A DNA stretch of 64,000 bases. Source: Squalus acanthias (taxonomy: Eukaryota). A model generated the notes under the pieces. The model made no database searches. It was given only the letters and a program-made list of their open reading frames with translations, and was not told the DNA's origin. The translations under genes and the position numbers were made by a program. The stretch is from contig CM059438.1 in the NCBI GenBank assembly GCA_030390025.1, positions 66,652,001-66,716,000 of the forward strand, given 5' to 3'. This document shows, piece after piece, positions 36,226 to 48,700 of this stretch; the first letter of the stretch is position 1; the number at the start of each line of letters is the position of its first letter.

Positions 36226-36960
36226 AATCCACATTTCTGCAACTGCAAGCAAAAGCCCAGCACGCTTTGAAATTCAAATGCCCTCCTCACAAATTAATAC
36301 ATGATTTGGCTGCAATGTATTTTTGCAATACGACTTTCAACGAAAGGAAGTAGTAAATTGGCAAGTGTAAATGCTTTCGCTGATTCAATACAGATATGGT
36401 TAGCAGATTCACAGTCAGGATTATATAATGGAAGCACTGCTTGCTCACTTGATGACAAAATGTTCCTCCATTCTGACACAGTTAGAAGGTGCTGCCGTAT
36501 AAAACCCCAAAATAACATCAAATGGCAGCTTGCCATCTGCCATTATGTCTTAATTAAAATGCCAGTTTGCAAGTTAGCATGGCAAAGCAAAGTCTGCATC
36601 AGTGCAGTATATTTTTCAACAATAGGGTTCTTCAATTTGTCAGTATTTAAAATAAAAATATATTTACCATTTAATTTAAAAATAAGATTTCAAGTATTTG
36701 GATAAATGCAGTTATTTTCTTGAATACTTTTAGGCTAAACTGTGATCTCAGTGTTAAAGGAAATTTCCAGCTCTCTGTTCGAAATCGTGCTTATTCTTTA
36801 CTTGTTCTCCATCCATCGCTGAAAGAAATCTTTTACCTGACGGGGGAGACATCGCAGGGATATCTGTCCATTTGATACTGATCATGTGACCTTCTCCTTC
36901 ATGTCTCCGATTAGAATATAGTCCTGTTGTTTTCTACATTTCTTGTTAAAAGATAAAATT

Positions 36961-37780
36961 GGGGGGAGAAATTCGGTATCGCCCCGTTTGGGGTGCAATT
37001 ATCGGCCAGGTGTAAAGTTTAGCGCCTGGCGCTAATTATCGCCTCCGACTGCAAACTTGGCTTTTATCGCCCCTGAAGGTGATTGGAGCGCTAAATCATA
37101 CGCTGCACACCTGTCTTAAGGCGCAAAGGCTGAGGAGCAAGGCGCTAAATCAGAGCGCTGGCGAAGCTCATGTGATGTCAGTCAGCAAAGGAACACAGAC
37201 ACACTGGCGCCAGCCAGTTCTTAAAGGGGAGGGTCAATCTTGCTCTCCATCCACACCCTGCTCATTGCAGCCTTGAATCTCGGCCTGGAGAGACCTGTAC
37301 ATCAAATCTGCTGGAAAGAACAATGGAGAGGCCCAGGGAAAGAGCTCAGAGTGCAGCCCCCATAATCTCTTCTAAATCGATGCAAGGAAGGTCAAATCAA
37401 AATGAACCTGAAAAATGCTGCTCAGTACTCAAACCTCCTTCACACAGCGTTGAATCTCTCCAGAAGTCTCTCTCTCTCAGAATGCGTGGTGCAAAAATGT
37501 CGCCGACAACAAAAGGCAGGAAGCAGCCGCCTATAAATAGCGCTCCCCCAGTCCCTTCCCGACTGCAAAACGCTTCCCTCAACCTGTCGTTGCTAGTGGC
37601 AGGCGGTAAGGCAGGGGCGGCACTCAATATCCGGTCCGGAGCGCTACTGGGGCATTGCGCACTCGACTGACGTCATGATCTGCAGGAAACTTCGCCGCGC
37701 CCGGGCGCTAGTTGCTCTGCGCATCATTAACGCCCTCTTAGGGCGCTAACGGGAGGTGCAAAGCAACTGAATTTTCCCCC
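36961..37780 (+). mobile_element. Harbinger-type MITE family B, copy 1
   Basis: TIR GGGGGAGAAATTCGGT / ACTGAATTTTCCCCC; colinear with 39002-39860, 41650-42528 and 54869-55761. Confidence 0.88.
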
Positions 37781-38494
37781 AAAATTCTCCTGTCGCATTC
37801 TTTTCCTCACTTACTTTCTCCCTCAGTCTCGCGGACAACTCGGATACTGCGAAAGAACAGCCAACATTCTGAGATTGTTGCCAATGCCAAGTTGAATCAG
37901 CCATAAGAAGACATGCCGGAGTGGTCCTCCAGGTGCTTTTCCCTGGGAAGGTCTGTGGTCTATTCACAGCTCCTCCTGACTACAATATAACCGAGATTGG
38001 AAACTCAGTGGAAATGGGGAGCACACTTGTAGTCTCAGTAGTTTTTCTGATGCCATCGTTGCTAATTACATCACAGCTAGCGGAATCAGGGTGCGTCTTT
38101 GACGTGGCGGGTTTCTGCCCAGTGTAAAGATGTGCCCCTGACCCTGGCTGATTTTCCAGCCTCCGGGTCAATAGCATCGTGTTGTCAGGATCGCTGGTCA
38201 CCAGCATGGAGTCTGCTGGGCTTAGGTTGTGGAGAATGACTGCAGCAGGCCTGGTAACATCGACAGGAGCCTCAGCGTTGTTGGTATAAAGCTCCAGGAA
38301 ATCTTTTCGAATGTGGCAGCAAAATCTATGCAATTGATCTGTCAGCGATCGATTGCATTGGCTTTTTGGACCATTGACATTTTAAACGGCGCCTGTGCAA
38401 AAACTGGACTCCGGGGGCCACCGGGTGCCCCTTCTGACCAGCGGTGGTACGGTGCAAATGACAGGAAATATATTGGAAAGCATATTATTATAAT

Positions 38495-40148
38495 GACCCG
38501 TAATTTGCGGTCAGCAGCGAAGCAATGGCGTTCGCCGTTGGCCCCGAAATAAGCTTTCCACAAAGATCTCATGATTTCTGTAGCGAGAAGTTTGGCTTTT
38601 CCAATGTGTAATTGAAATCAATGCAAGTTAATGGGGATTCCCTAACGCGAGCTGCTGTGAAGCCAACAAGCTTTCTAAGCAGCCAATCAAAATGCAGAAT
38701 TCTCACAGACCGTGAACGAGGAAGTGGGTAAGCTCCTTTGATCCTAACTTTTTAAAAATGTTAGAGAGAGCAAAACAAAGATTGGGGCTTTCACATGGGG
38801 AAAAGGCAAACCTGAAATAAAGGTGAACGAACCTTTTTAAAAAATTGATTTTTTTTTAAGTTTCTTAAAAAAGTAAAATTTTTATTAAAATGGGTAAATT
38901 TGACACTCCACAAAATTAAAATTAGTTTTTCAGGGCCATAACCTTTGTTTAGCAGTCAATACGCTGTTAAAACCCTAGTTACACCTAATCCAAAAGAGTT
39001 TGGGGGAGAAATTCGGTATCGCCCCGTTTGGGGTGCAATTATCGGCCGGGCGCAAAGTTTAGCACCTGGTGCTAATTATCGCCTCCGACTGCAAACTTGG
39101 CTTCTATTGCCCCTGGAGGTGATTGGAGTGCTAAATCAGGCGCTACACACCTCTCTTAAGGCGCTAACGCTGAGGAGCGAGGCACTACCTCAGAGCGCTG
39201 GCGAAGCTCATGTGATGTCAGTCAGCAATGGAACACAGATACACTGGCACCGGCCAGTTCTTAAAGGGGAGGGTCAATCTTGCTCTCTATCCACACCCTG
39301 CTCATTGCAGCCTTGAATCTCGGCCTGGAGAGACTTGTAAATCAATTCTGCTGGAAAGAACAATGGAGAGGCCCAGGAAGAGCTCAGAGTGCAGCCCCCA
39401 AGTCTCTTCTAAATCGATGCAAGGAAGGTCAAATCAAAATGAACCTGCAAAGTGCAGCTCATTACCCAAAGCTCCTTCACATTGCTTTTCATCTCTCCAG
39501 AAGTCTCTCTCTCTCTCTCAGAATGCGTGGTGCAAAAATGTCGCCGAAAAAAAAGGCAGGAAGCGGTCGCCTTTAAATAACGCTGCCCCAGACCCTTCCC
39601 GACTGCAAAACGCTCCCCTCTACCTGTCGTTGCTAGCGGCAGGCGGAAAGGCAGGGGGCGCCACTCAATAGCCGGTCCAGGGCGTTGCACGCTCGACTGA
39701 CGTCACGATCTGCGAGCGATTGAGATCGTGGCGGTAGTGTTTAGTGCCGCCGCAAAATGTCTGGCCAATTTCGCGAGCGGCGCAAACATCGCTGCGCCCA
39801 GGCGCTAGTTGCTTTGCGCCCCGTTAAACGGGAGGCGCAAAGCAACCGAATTTTTCCCCCTCTAACTTTTAGTGGGGTATTCAACAGCAGTATTACCGTG
39901 GAAGTGCCGAAGTTTCCATCAGTTTCCATGATTTGACAGATTACACTGATTGCCAGCTCTGGGCGCGGGACGTCCACAGCGCAGCCTGTGGAGGAGCCTG
40001 TGGAGGAGCAGTGAATGACTGACCGCAATGTCAAGATTTCTGCGTTAGGCTGTGCATGCGCTAAATCCTGAAGTTGCGGTCAGTTTCAAAGGCGAAATGA
40101 CGACGAACGCTGCCAGTTCTCCATCATCAGGACCGCAAGTTCCAGGCC
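38495..40148. mobile_element. Harbinger-type MITE family D, interrupted by family B copy 2
   Basis: Termini GACCCGTAATTTGCGGTC / GACCGCAAGTTCCAGGCC, flanked by AAT/AAC. Confidence 0.65.
39002..39860 (+). mobile_element. Harbinger-type MITE family B, copy 2
   Basis: TIR GGGGGAGAAATTCGGT / ACCGAATTTTTCCCCC; flanks TTT/TCT. Confidence 0.88.
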
Positions 40149-40792
40149 AACATATGCAGCCGTATATGAACTGGCATATGGTATGCTCCCCCAACACTTA
40201 TAGCAAGCAACCCTGGAAGTGGCAGTGGTGAGTGGGTGCCACCACATCAATACCCATTGCATTTGCTGCCCCCATCCATTCCAGTCATGCTGAAATATTG
40301 GCGGAGTCAGGGTAGGATGATTTGACAGCTGGGATCTAGTTTTTGATTTTTTCAACTGAAATATTTTCAAGTTTAAACATTTAAATGTTAATATTTTGGG
40401 GATAAATCAGGTGATGTTTCCAAGTCTTGGGTACTGCAGACAGAACTCAAACAGTCTGTCGGAGAAGTACACCTCTTGTTTGGATGCACTTCAGCAATAT
40501 TTTGAGGGGGGATCAGGTCCGGTTACTCAAGGACAATGGTCTGTACTCCAATTGAACAGTGTTCCTCTTTGCTGCTTAGATATTTATGTATTCTTACCAT
40601 GGGACTCAATCCTTGACATTGGACTTTATACCAGCCAAGCTGCACCACAGTTTTTAAATTCTGATTTCCACACTTGATGACAGCAACTGAATCTTAAGTT
40701 TGGAAAATGGGAAGTAGGTCTTGAAAAGCCTGTGGACTTCCGCCCCCAGTTGCTCTTTTGAACAATATGACAGGTGTTAAATCCCTCTCCAA

Positions 40793-41299
40793 TAAGGTTG
40801 CCAACTGGACCTATTCCAGGAGGTTGCATCACATTTAAGGACTGAACTACTCGAAACATATTTACAATGGAGCGAGTAGTTTGTGTGCAATTTGCCTAAG
40901 GACCATATAGCTTGCTGCGGACATGCAGATGGCTGGCTGTGCTTACACGGATGGCTGGTTACAGTTACACGGATATCAGGCCAGGTACATGGTTGAGCTG
41001 ATCGCTTGCAAAGTCTGCAACCCGCTACAGTAATCGTTAACAGTTCCTCCTGCTCCGAAAATGATCGACGTCTCAGTCGAACTCACCCCCTGGTGAGGAA
41101 GAACCATTCATTGAATGTGCTTCCATCCTAGTGACCATGTTACTAAGTGGGTTACAAAGCCCCTAATGGCCAGGCAAACCTCCCCCACCACCACCACCAC
41201 CACCACCGGCTCTCCTCCCGGGCTGCACGCAGTGGCGTAGGGACATTAGTTTTTAATTCCCATGGACCGCAGGACATTCCGGGATGGTTAGCAACCCTA
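40793..41299. mobile_element. hAT-type MITE
   Basis: TIR TAAGGTTGCCAAC / GTTAGCAACCCTA; degenerate 8-bp TSD CTCTCCAA vs CTTTTCAA (6/8). Confidence 0.7.
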
Positions 41300-41649
41300 C
41301 TTTTCAATATAGTGTGGAGTTTTGAAGGACAAATACAGCATGTCCTTGCTTGAGTCGTGTTCTATGAATATTTTGTTTCAAGAACAGCAAATCTTGAGCT
41401 CAGTGAAATTAGCTTGCTTTCTGCTTGGCAGATAATCCTCTTTGACAAGTTCAGAAATTAGTTTCAACATATCCATCTTAGGATGCACAAACATCATGAG
41501 AGGGGCTGATGTGAGACAAATGTTAATACCCAGTTGATTTTGACCCCATGTGTGAACAAACCAGATTCTCAGACGGTATGCTGCTGTGTAACGCTTGACT
41601 CCGGAACTTATCAAGGCTGGATTTTCCAAGTTTGTTACATAGTTACATA

Positions 41650-42528
41650 GGGGGAAAAATTCGGTTGGTTTGCGCCTCCCGTTAGCGCCTTAAGAGGGCG
41701 CTAATGGGGCGCAAAGCAACTAGCGCCCGGGTGCAGCGATGTTTGCGCCGCTCGCGAAATTGACCAGACATTTTGCGGCCGCGCTAAACACTACCGCCAC
41801 GATCTCCTGCGCCTGCAGATCGTGACGTCAGTCAAGCGGTAACGCCCCGGAGCGGATATTGAGTGGCGCCCCCTGCATTACCGCCTGCCGCTAGCAACAA
41901 CAGATTGAGGGGAGCGTTTTGCAGTCGGGAAGGGACTGGGGGAGCGCTATTTAAAGGTGACAGGTTCCTGCCTTTTTTTTCGGCGACATTTTTGCACCAC
42001 GCATTCTGAGAGAGAGAGAGAGACTTCTGGAGATATTCAACGCTGTGTTGAGGAGTTTTGGGTACTGAGCAGTACTTTGCAGGTTCATTTTGATTTGATC
42101 TTCCTTGCATCAATTTAGAAGAGACTATGGGGTCTGCACTCTGAGATCTTTCCCTGGGCCTCTCCATTGTTCTTTCCAGCAGATTTGATGTACAGGTCTC
42201 TCCAGGCCGAGATTCAAGGCTGCAATGAGCAGGGTATGGATGGAGAGCAAGATCGACCCTCCCCTTTAAGAACTGGCCAACGCCAGTGTGTCTGTGTTCC
42301 ATTGCTGACTGACATCACATGAGCTTCGCCAGCGCTCTGAGTTAGCGCCTCGCTCCTCGGCATTAGCGCCTTAAGACAGGTGTGTAGCACCTGATTTAGC
42401 GCTCCAATCACCTCCAGGGGCGATAGAAGCCAAGTTTGCAGTCGGAGGCAATAATTAGCACCAGGCGCTAAACTTTGCTCCCGGCCAATAATTGTGCCCC
42501 AAACAGGGCGATACTGAATTTCTCCCCC
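41650..42528 (-). mobile_element. Harbinger-type MITE family B, copy 3 (inverted), inserted in a CR1 tail
   Basis: TIR GGGGGAAAAATTCGGT / ACTGAATTTCTCCCCC. The left flank is GTTACATAGTTACATA and the right flank resumes CR1 3' UTR GAGTCTACAGCACTGAAACAGGCC. Confidence 0.88.
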
Positions 42529-42972
42529 TGAGAGTCTACAGCACTGAAACAGGCCATTCGACCCAACTGGTCTATGCCACCATTTCTGTTCCACCACAGC
42601 CTCCTCCCACCTCTCTTCATCTAACCCTATCCACATGTCCTTCTATTCCTTTTTCCCTCATGTGCTTATCCAGCTTCCCCTTAAATGTATGTATGCTATT
42701 CGCCTCAACCACTCACTGTGGTAGCGAGTTCCACATTCTTACCACTCTTTGGGTAAAGAAGTTTCTCCTGAATTCCCTATTGGATTTATTCTATCTTATA
42801 TTTATGGCTCCTAGTTTGACACCCCCCACAAGTGGAAACATTTTCTCTACGTCTATCCTATAAAATCCAATCATAATTTTAAAGACCTCAATTATGTCAT
42901 CCCCTCAGCCTTCTCTTTTCTAGAGAAAAGAGCCCCAGCCTGTTCAGCCTTTCCTGCTAAGTGTATCCTCTC
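42529..42972 (-). mobile_element. CR1 LINE 3' fragment (tail displaced to 41634-41649)
   Basis: Antisense of RLGLFSLEKRRL...FRRNFFTQRVVRMWNSLP and the CR1 3' UTR. Confidence 0.85.
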
Positions 42973-43309
42973 ATTATCAACAGAGACTGAGTAACCCTCT
43001 CAACACTGACCTTGATACTTACGCAGGTTGGCAAAGTACACTGCAGTCTGCTTCGAGGAATGGTCCAAATGGCGATACAAAAGTCATTTGTAGAATAAGT
43101 AATAAATCAAGTACAACCAGCTATTAGGAAAGCACCTCAAGATTCCAGAAACCTGGTTCCCCAACAAGCAGAGTTTGATATCCTGGACGACAAATACATG
43201 ATCTATATTTGCATTGTGAATTACCATGTGGAATGGGCTTACATGGCTTCCGTTAAATGCAACAGTTATAAGCTGCTTTGCAACTAGCGTTGGCTCGAAA
43301 TGATGACTT

Positions 43310-43450
43310 GAGCACACCCAACATGAAGAATATTATCCAGGTGGTTGGACTGGAACTGCTGGCATGGCCAGTGCTACTGGTAAAGGAATACCATCTGCAC
43401 TTGGGACACTTTCCCTTCACTGTCATGCCTGATTGTGCTTGTCTGAATTA
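43310..43450 (+). mobile_element. Possible highly decayed Ty3/Gypsy RNase H remnant
   Basis: LELLAWPVLLVKEYHLHLGHFPFTVMPDCACL loosely resembles the ELLA....K.F..YL.G..FTV.TDH..L motif. Weak. Confidence 0.3.
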
Positions 43451-44734
43451 CACAATAACATGCAGATCTCAATGCCAGATTTACAACCTGATGGGAGACA
43501 GCTGTTTGAAAGTCAAGTGGAAGAAGTCTTAATCCATAAGGGCTATTCCTGGCCTTTGTACGGTGGTGAATTTACCTCAGAGATACCAGAACTGCCAAAA
43601 AAGGCTTTTGTAGGTACACAAAGCATGAATTTGTTTTCACTCAGATGCAAACATTTTCTCTCTTTTGGCCCAGGCTTCTGCCACATATTTGACACTAGGG
43701 TTAGAACCAAGCTCAGAAACCTGAACGAGTTGCTCAAGAATGAAACATTCGAAATGGATACCAAACTCATTATCATGCGGGGAACATATTTGACAGCCGC
43801 TCATTTCAAAGTTATTGCTTGCAGTTAGCCAACAGTGACTGCAACAGATATTGCCCTGTTTTAAAGTGGCAGGCAGCTGTGAAGCAGAGGAAAATGATAA
43901 GTCATGTAGACAGCAGCCATTAGATGTAAGTGGAGACCTCGTACTGAAGAGGTTGCATTGATGAACGTACTTCCAGGTAACATCAGGAGTAGATGAATGT
44001 TACTTAGTCTTAAATGGTGCAGACGTTCACTCACCAATTCTGGGACAGCAATAAATCACAGTCACAACCTCGCACTGTTATTGGAACTAAGCTTTGGACA
44101 GAGCAAGGATGTATCTCATTTCCAGAAAACTGGACCAATAAAATTGAAACTCAGCTTGGAGTACTTGGATCTGTTCACAGTAAACTATGCATGAACTCTG
44201 TGACTTAAGCCATTTTTGACATCTTGCTTACTTTTGGTTATATACCTTTGTTAGAACTTTCATGGGTCACCAGTAGCTATTCTACCATGTTTGCTGATAC
44301 CAGTCACTCCCATAAGTGGACCTCGATTTGCCTATGATCTGGTGTGTTCTTCCAGTGCCCAATACCTAGTTAAATGATAGTGTGACCTGGGGCTCGTAAC
44401 AATAGACTCCTTGTTTTGTGTACCGGATACCAGGATCCTGTACGTGCCACCACCCATTCTCTGTCTTTTCGGGAAAGCTGACTGAACATCACTCTCCAGT
44501 GAGACAAAACCAATTGTAAACTAACAAACTGGTTTATTTTACATGAAATGTATGATTGAACAGAATACAGTTTTTCAGTGAAATATATTTATTTCCTAAT
44601 ACTTTTTGTGCCATATAAAAGCAATAATACATCACTCTCTAGCAAATCCCATTTACAATCTAGCTGTTCCTAAACTAGTTGGCTCCTGGCTTCCTCTATT
44701 GCAAGCCATCCATGTTCATACCTCAGCCTAGAGT

Positions 44735-44968
44735 CAGTCTCTCTCTCTCTTTCCCTCCCTCTCTCTCACCCTCCCTCCTCACTGCCCCTCTCTCCCTCCT
44801 CCTCTCTCTCACCCTTCTCCCTCTCTCCCTTCTCTCTCACTCTTCTCTTATTCCCTCTCTCTCCCTCTCCCTCCATCCCCCTTTTTCTCCATCCCTCCCT
44901 CTCCCTCCACTCACCTACTCACGCTCTCTCTCTCCCTCATTCACTCACTTACGCTCTCTTTCTCTCTC
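44735..44968 (+). repeat. CT-rich polypyrimidine low-complexity tract
   Basis: About 230 bp of almost only C/T (TCTC/CCCT units). Confidence 0.9.
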
Positions 44969-45741
44969 AAACACAGATGAGAGCGAGAGACTGACTGAAA
45001 CCTCTGTCTCTCAGTGCGTCAGCCTGCCACTCCAGAAGCAGAGAGTGAAAAGGAACAGTCCTCTGACCCTTCCCTCTGTCTGTATGTCAAAGATTGGCTT
45101 GCCGAGCTGCCAATCAAATAACACCCTCCTGTTGTGGAACCTCATTGCACCTGTATTGTCTGTTCAGCTAAACCGCCTGCCAGGGCCTAATGAATGGAAA
45201 CTCCTTCTATTACTAATCCCAATGACATTCCACTGACTCACAAATAACATAACATGCAAAGCACACAAATTCTACATCTAATCATTCAAATTACCATTCT
45301 GAGGAGCTTGTCTGTCTGTGGGAGTTGACCCTTGTAAGCTGAACCTGACCTTGTATGAGTAACATAACATAAATTAAATCAAATTACCTTCCAGACTAAA
45401 TAGGTCAAAGTCTCAAAATATTACAGCCCCTTACAACTGTACCCATTAGACTTTTGTACTTTTGAGACAATGGTTTTTGAAAACAGTCCCCTCTTCACTG
45501 GTGTGCACAGGGACCTGGTTTTGACAGATGGTGCTGGATGGTTGACGGAATAATTGGCACATTTTCAGTGCCCACAATTCCCTCTACCATACCACCATGA
45601 AAGCCATGTGATATTCTCTGCATTCTTCAGCCTTAGATAGATCTGCCGATTTTTTCCAGGAGGCAGTACTGCTGTGTAGGTGGCCCATGGTATGTGCAGT
45701 GTAATGAAAAGAGGAACAAGTATAGGTTCTTTGAAAATATG

Positions 45742-48700
45742 TTAATTAGTTAATTAATCTAATAACGAGAGGCATGGCAGGGCAGCTCAGTCCCGTGGAG
45801 TGCACATCCCGTGCCATGTGAGATCCTGGACGCTTCGCGTAGCCTGGACGACCACATCTGCAGGAAGTGTCGCCAGCTGCAGCAACTCAAGCTCGGGGTT
45901 TCAGAGCTTGAGCGGCGGCTGGAGTCACTGCGGTGCATCCGCGAGGCTGAGAACTTCGTGGATAGCACGTTTCTAGAGGTCGCCACCCCGCAGCTTAAGA
46001 GTGTGCAGGCACAGAGGGAATGCCAGACAGAAGGGGAAGACCAGGCAGGTAGTGCAGGAGTCCCCTGAGTGCATCTCACTCTCCAACCAGTATTCTGTTC
46101 TGAGTACTGGTGGGGGCGATGGTTCCTCTGGGGAGTGCAGCTAGAGCCAAGTCCGTGGCACCACAGGTGACTCAGCGGCACAGGGGGGGAGTGGAAGAGG
46201 ACCTCAAAGGTAGTAATCTCTGGATTACTCCCGGTGCCACGTGCTAGTGAGTACAGAAATAGGAGGATAGTGCAGATGAATGCGTAGCTGGAGAGATGGT
46301 GCAGGTGGGAGAGATTTAGATTCCTGAGGCTTTGGGATCGTTTCTGGGGGAGGGTGGGACCTGTACAAGCCAGAGGGTTGCAACAGAGCCAGGACCAATA
46401 TCCTCGTGGGGGGGGGGGGGGGGGGGGGGGGGGTTGCTAATGCTGTTGGGGGGTGTTTATACTAGCTTGGCAGGGGGATGGGAACCTGAGTATAGCTTCA
46501 GAAGGGAGAGAAGCAAAGCTGAAATTAGAAAGTAGAAATGTAGAAATTGAATTTGGAAGACAGAGGAAGCAAGGTCTAGAAAATAGACAACAAGGGAGTT
46601 TGGCAGTGCTAAATGGTTTATACTTCATTGCAAGGAGTATAGGGAATAAGGCAGATGAGCTGAGAGCACAGATAGACACTTGGGAGTATGATATTATAGC
46701 TATTACTGAGACGTGGCGGAAAGAAGGGCAGGTATGGCAGCTCAACATTCCTGGTTACAGGGTTTTCAGACGGGATAGAGAGGGGGGTAAAAAAGGAGGA
46801 GGGGTCGCGGTATTGATTAAAGAAACAATTACAGCTGTGAGGAGCAATGATATGTTAGAAGGATCATCAAATGAAGCCATATGGGTTGAATTGAAGAACA
46901 AAAAAGGGGCGATCACAGTGCTGGGAGTGTACTATAGACGCCCAAATAGTCAGAGTGAGATAGAAGAGCAATTATATAGGCAAATTTCTGAGAAGTGCAA
47001 AATCTATAGGGCAGTAATAGTGAGGGATTTCAACTACCCTAATATAAACTGGAATAAAATTAGCGTGAAAGGAATAGAGTGTGCTGATTCCTAAAATGCA
47101 TTCAGGAGAACTTTTTTAGCCAATATGTAACAAGCCGAACAAGGGAGGGGACGGTTCTGGACTTAGTTTTACGGAATGAAGCTGGGCAGGTGGAGTGGGT
47201 ATCAGTGGGAGAGCATTTTGGTGCTAGTGATAATAATTCAGTTAGGTTTAGGGTAGTTATGGAAAAGGACAAGGATAGACCAGGAATAAAAGTTCTCAAT
47301 TGGGGAAAAGCCAATTTTGCTAAGCTGAGATGGGATTTAGCCAAGGTGGCTGGAAACAGCTACTTGAAGGTAAATCAATGTCAGAGCAGTGGGAGGCATT
47401 CAAGGAGGAGATCCTAAGGGTTCAGAGCAAGCATGTTCCCTTAAAGAAAAAGGATGGGACTAACAAATCTAGAGCCCCCTGGATGTCAAGGGACATACAG
47501 GGTAGGATAAAGAAAAAAAGGGAGGTTTATGACAGATACCAAGAGCTCAATACTGCAGAAATTCTAGAGGAGTACAGAAAGTGCAGGGGTGCAATTAAAA
47601 AGAAAATTAGGAAAGCAAAGAGAGAGCATGAAAATATTTTGGCAAGTAAAATCAAGGAAAACCCAAAGATGTTTTATAAATACATTAAGATCAAGAGGAT
47701 AACTAAAGAAAGAGTAGGGCCTATTAGAGACCATAAAGGTAATCTGTGTGTGGAGGCGGAAAACGTGAGTATGGTTCTTAATGAATACTTTGCGTCTGTT
47801 TTCACAAAAGAGAGGGGCGATGCAGACATTGCAATCAGGGAGGAGGAGTGTGAAATTTTAGATGAAATAAACATAGTGAGAGAGGAAGTATTAAGGGACT
47901 CAGCATCTTTGAAAATGGATAAATCCCCATGCCGGATTAAATGTATCCCAGACTGTTAAGAGAAGCAAAAGAGGAAATAGCAGAGGCCCTGACCATCATT
48001 TCCAATCCTCTCTGGCTACAGGTGTGGTGCTGGAGGACTGGAGGACTGCTAATGTTGTACCTTTGTTTAAAAAGGTAGAAAGTGATAGACCGAGTAATTA
48101 CAGGCCAGTCAGCCTAACCTCGGTGGTGGGAAAGTTATTGGAAATAGTTCTGAGAGACAGGATAAATCTTCATTTAGAAAGACACGGATTAATCAAGGAC
48201 AGTCAGCATGGATTTGTTAAGGGAAGGTCGTGTCTGACTAACTTGATTGAATTTTTTGAGGAGGTAACAAGGAGGGTCGATGAGGGTAGTGCGTTTGATG
48301 TAGTGTATATGGATTTTAGCAAGGCTTCTGATAAGGTCCCACATGGCAGACTTGTCATGAAAGTGAAAGCCCATGGGATCCAGGGCAAAGTGGCAAATTG
48401 GATCCAAAATTGGCTCAGAGGCAGGAAGCAAAGGGTAATGGTTGATGGGTGTTTTTGTGACTGGAAGGCTGTTTCCAGTGGGATTCCACAGGGCTCAGTA
48501 CTAAGTCCCTTGCTTTTTGTGGTATATATCAATGATTTAGACTTGAATATAGGGGGTATGATTAAGAAGTTTGCAGATGATACTAAAATCGGCTGTGTGG
48601 TTGATAATGAAGAAGGAAGCTGTAGACTGCAGGAAGATATCAATGAACTGGACAGGTGGGCAGAACAGTGGCAAATGGAATTCAATCTGGAGAACTGTGA

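Noticed and set aside
37323..37670. Recurrent ORF MERPRERAQSAAP... in four places, suggesting a novel gene family
   Set aside because: All four lie inside family B MITEs, and frames and ends differ between copies. The similarity is explained by repeat homology.
44679..45236. 185-aa Leu/Ser/Pro-rich ORF
   Set aside because: It is a translation of the CT-rich low-complexity tract.
46408..46433. Functional G-quadruplex
   Set aside because: It is an expanded homopolymer in a dead CR1. The length may be slippage or a sequencing artefact.
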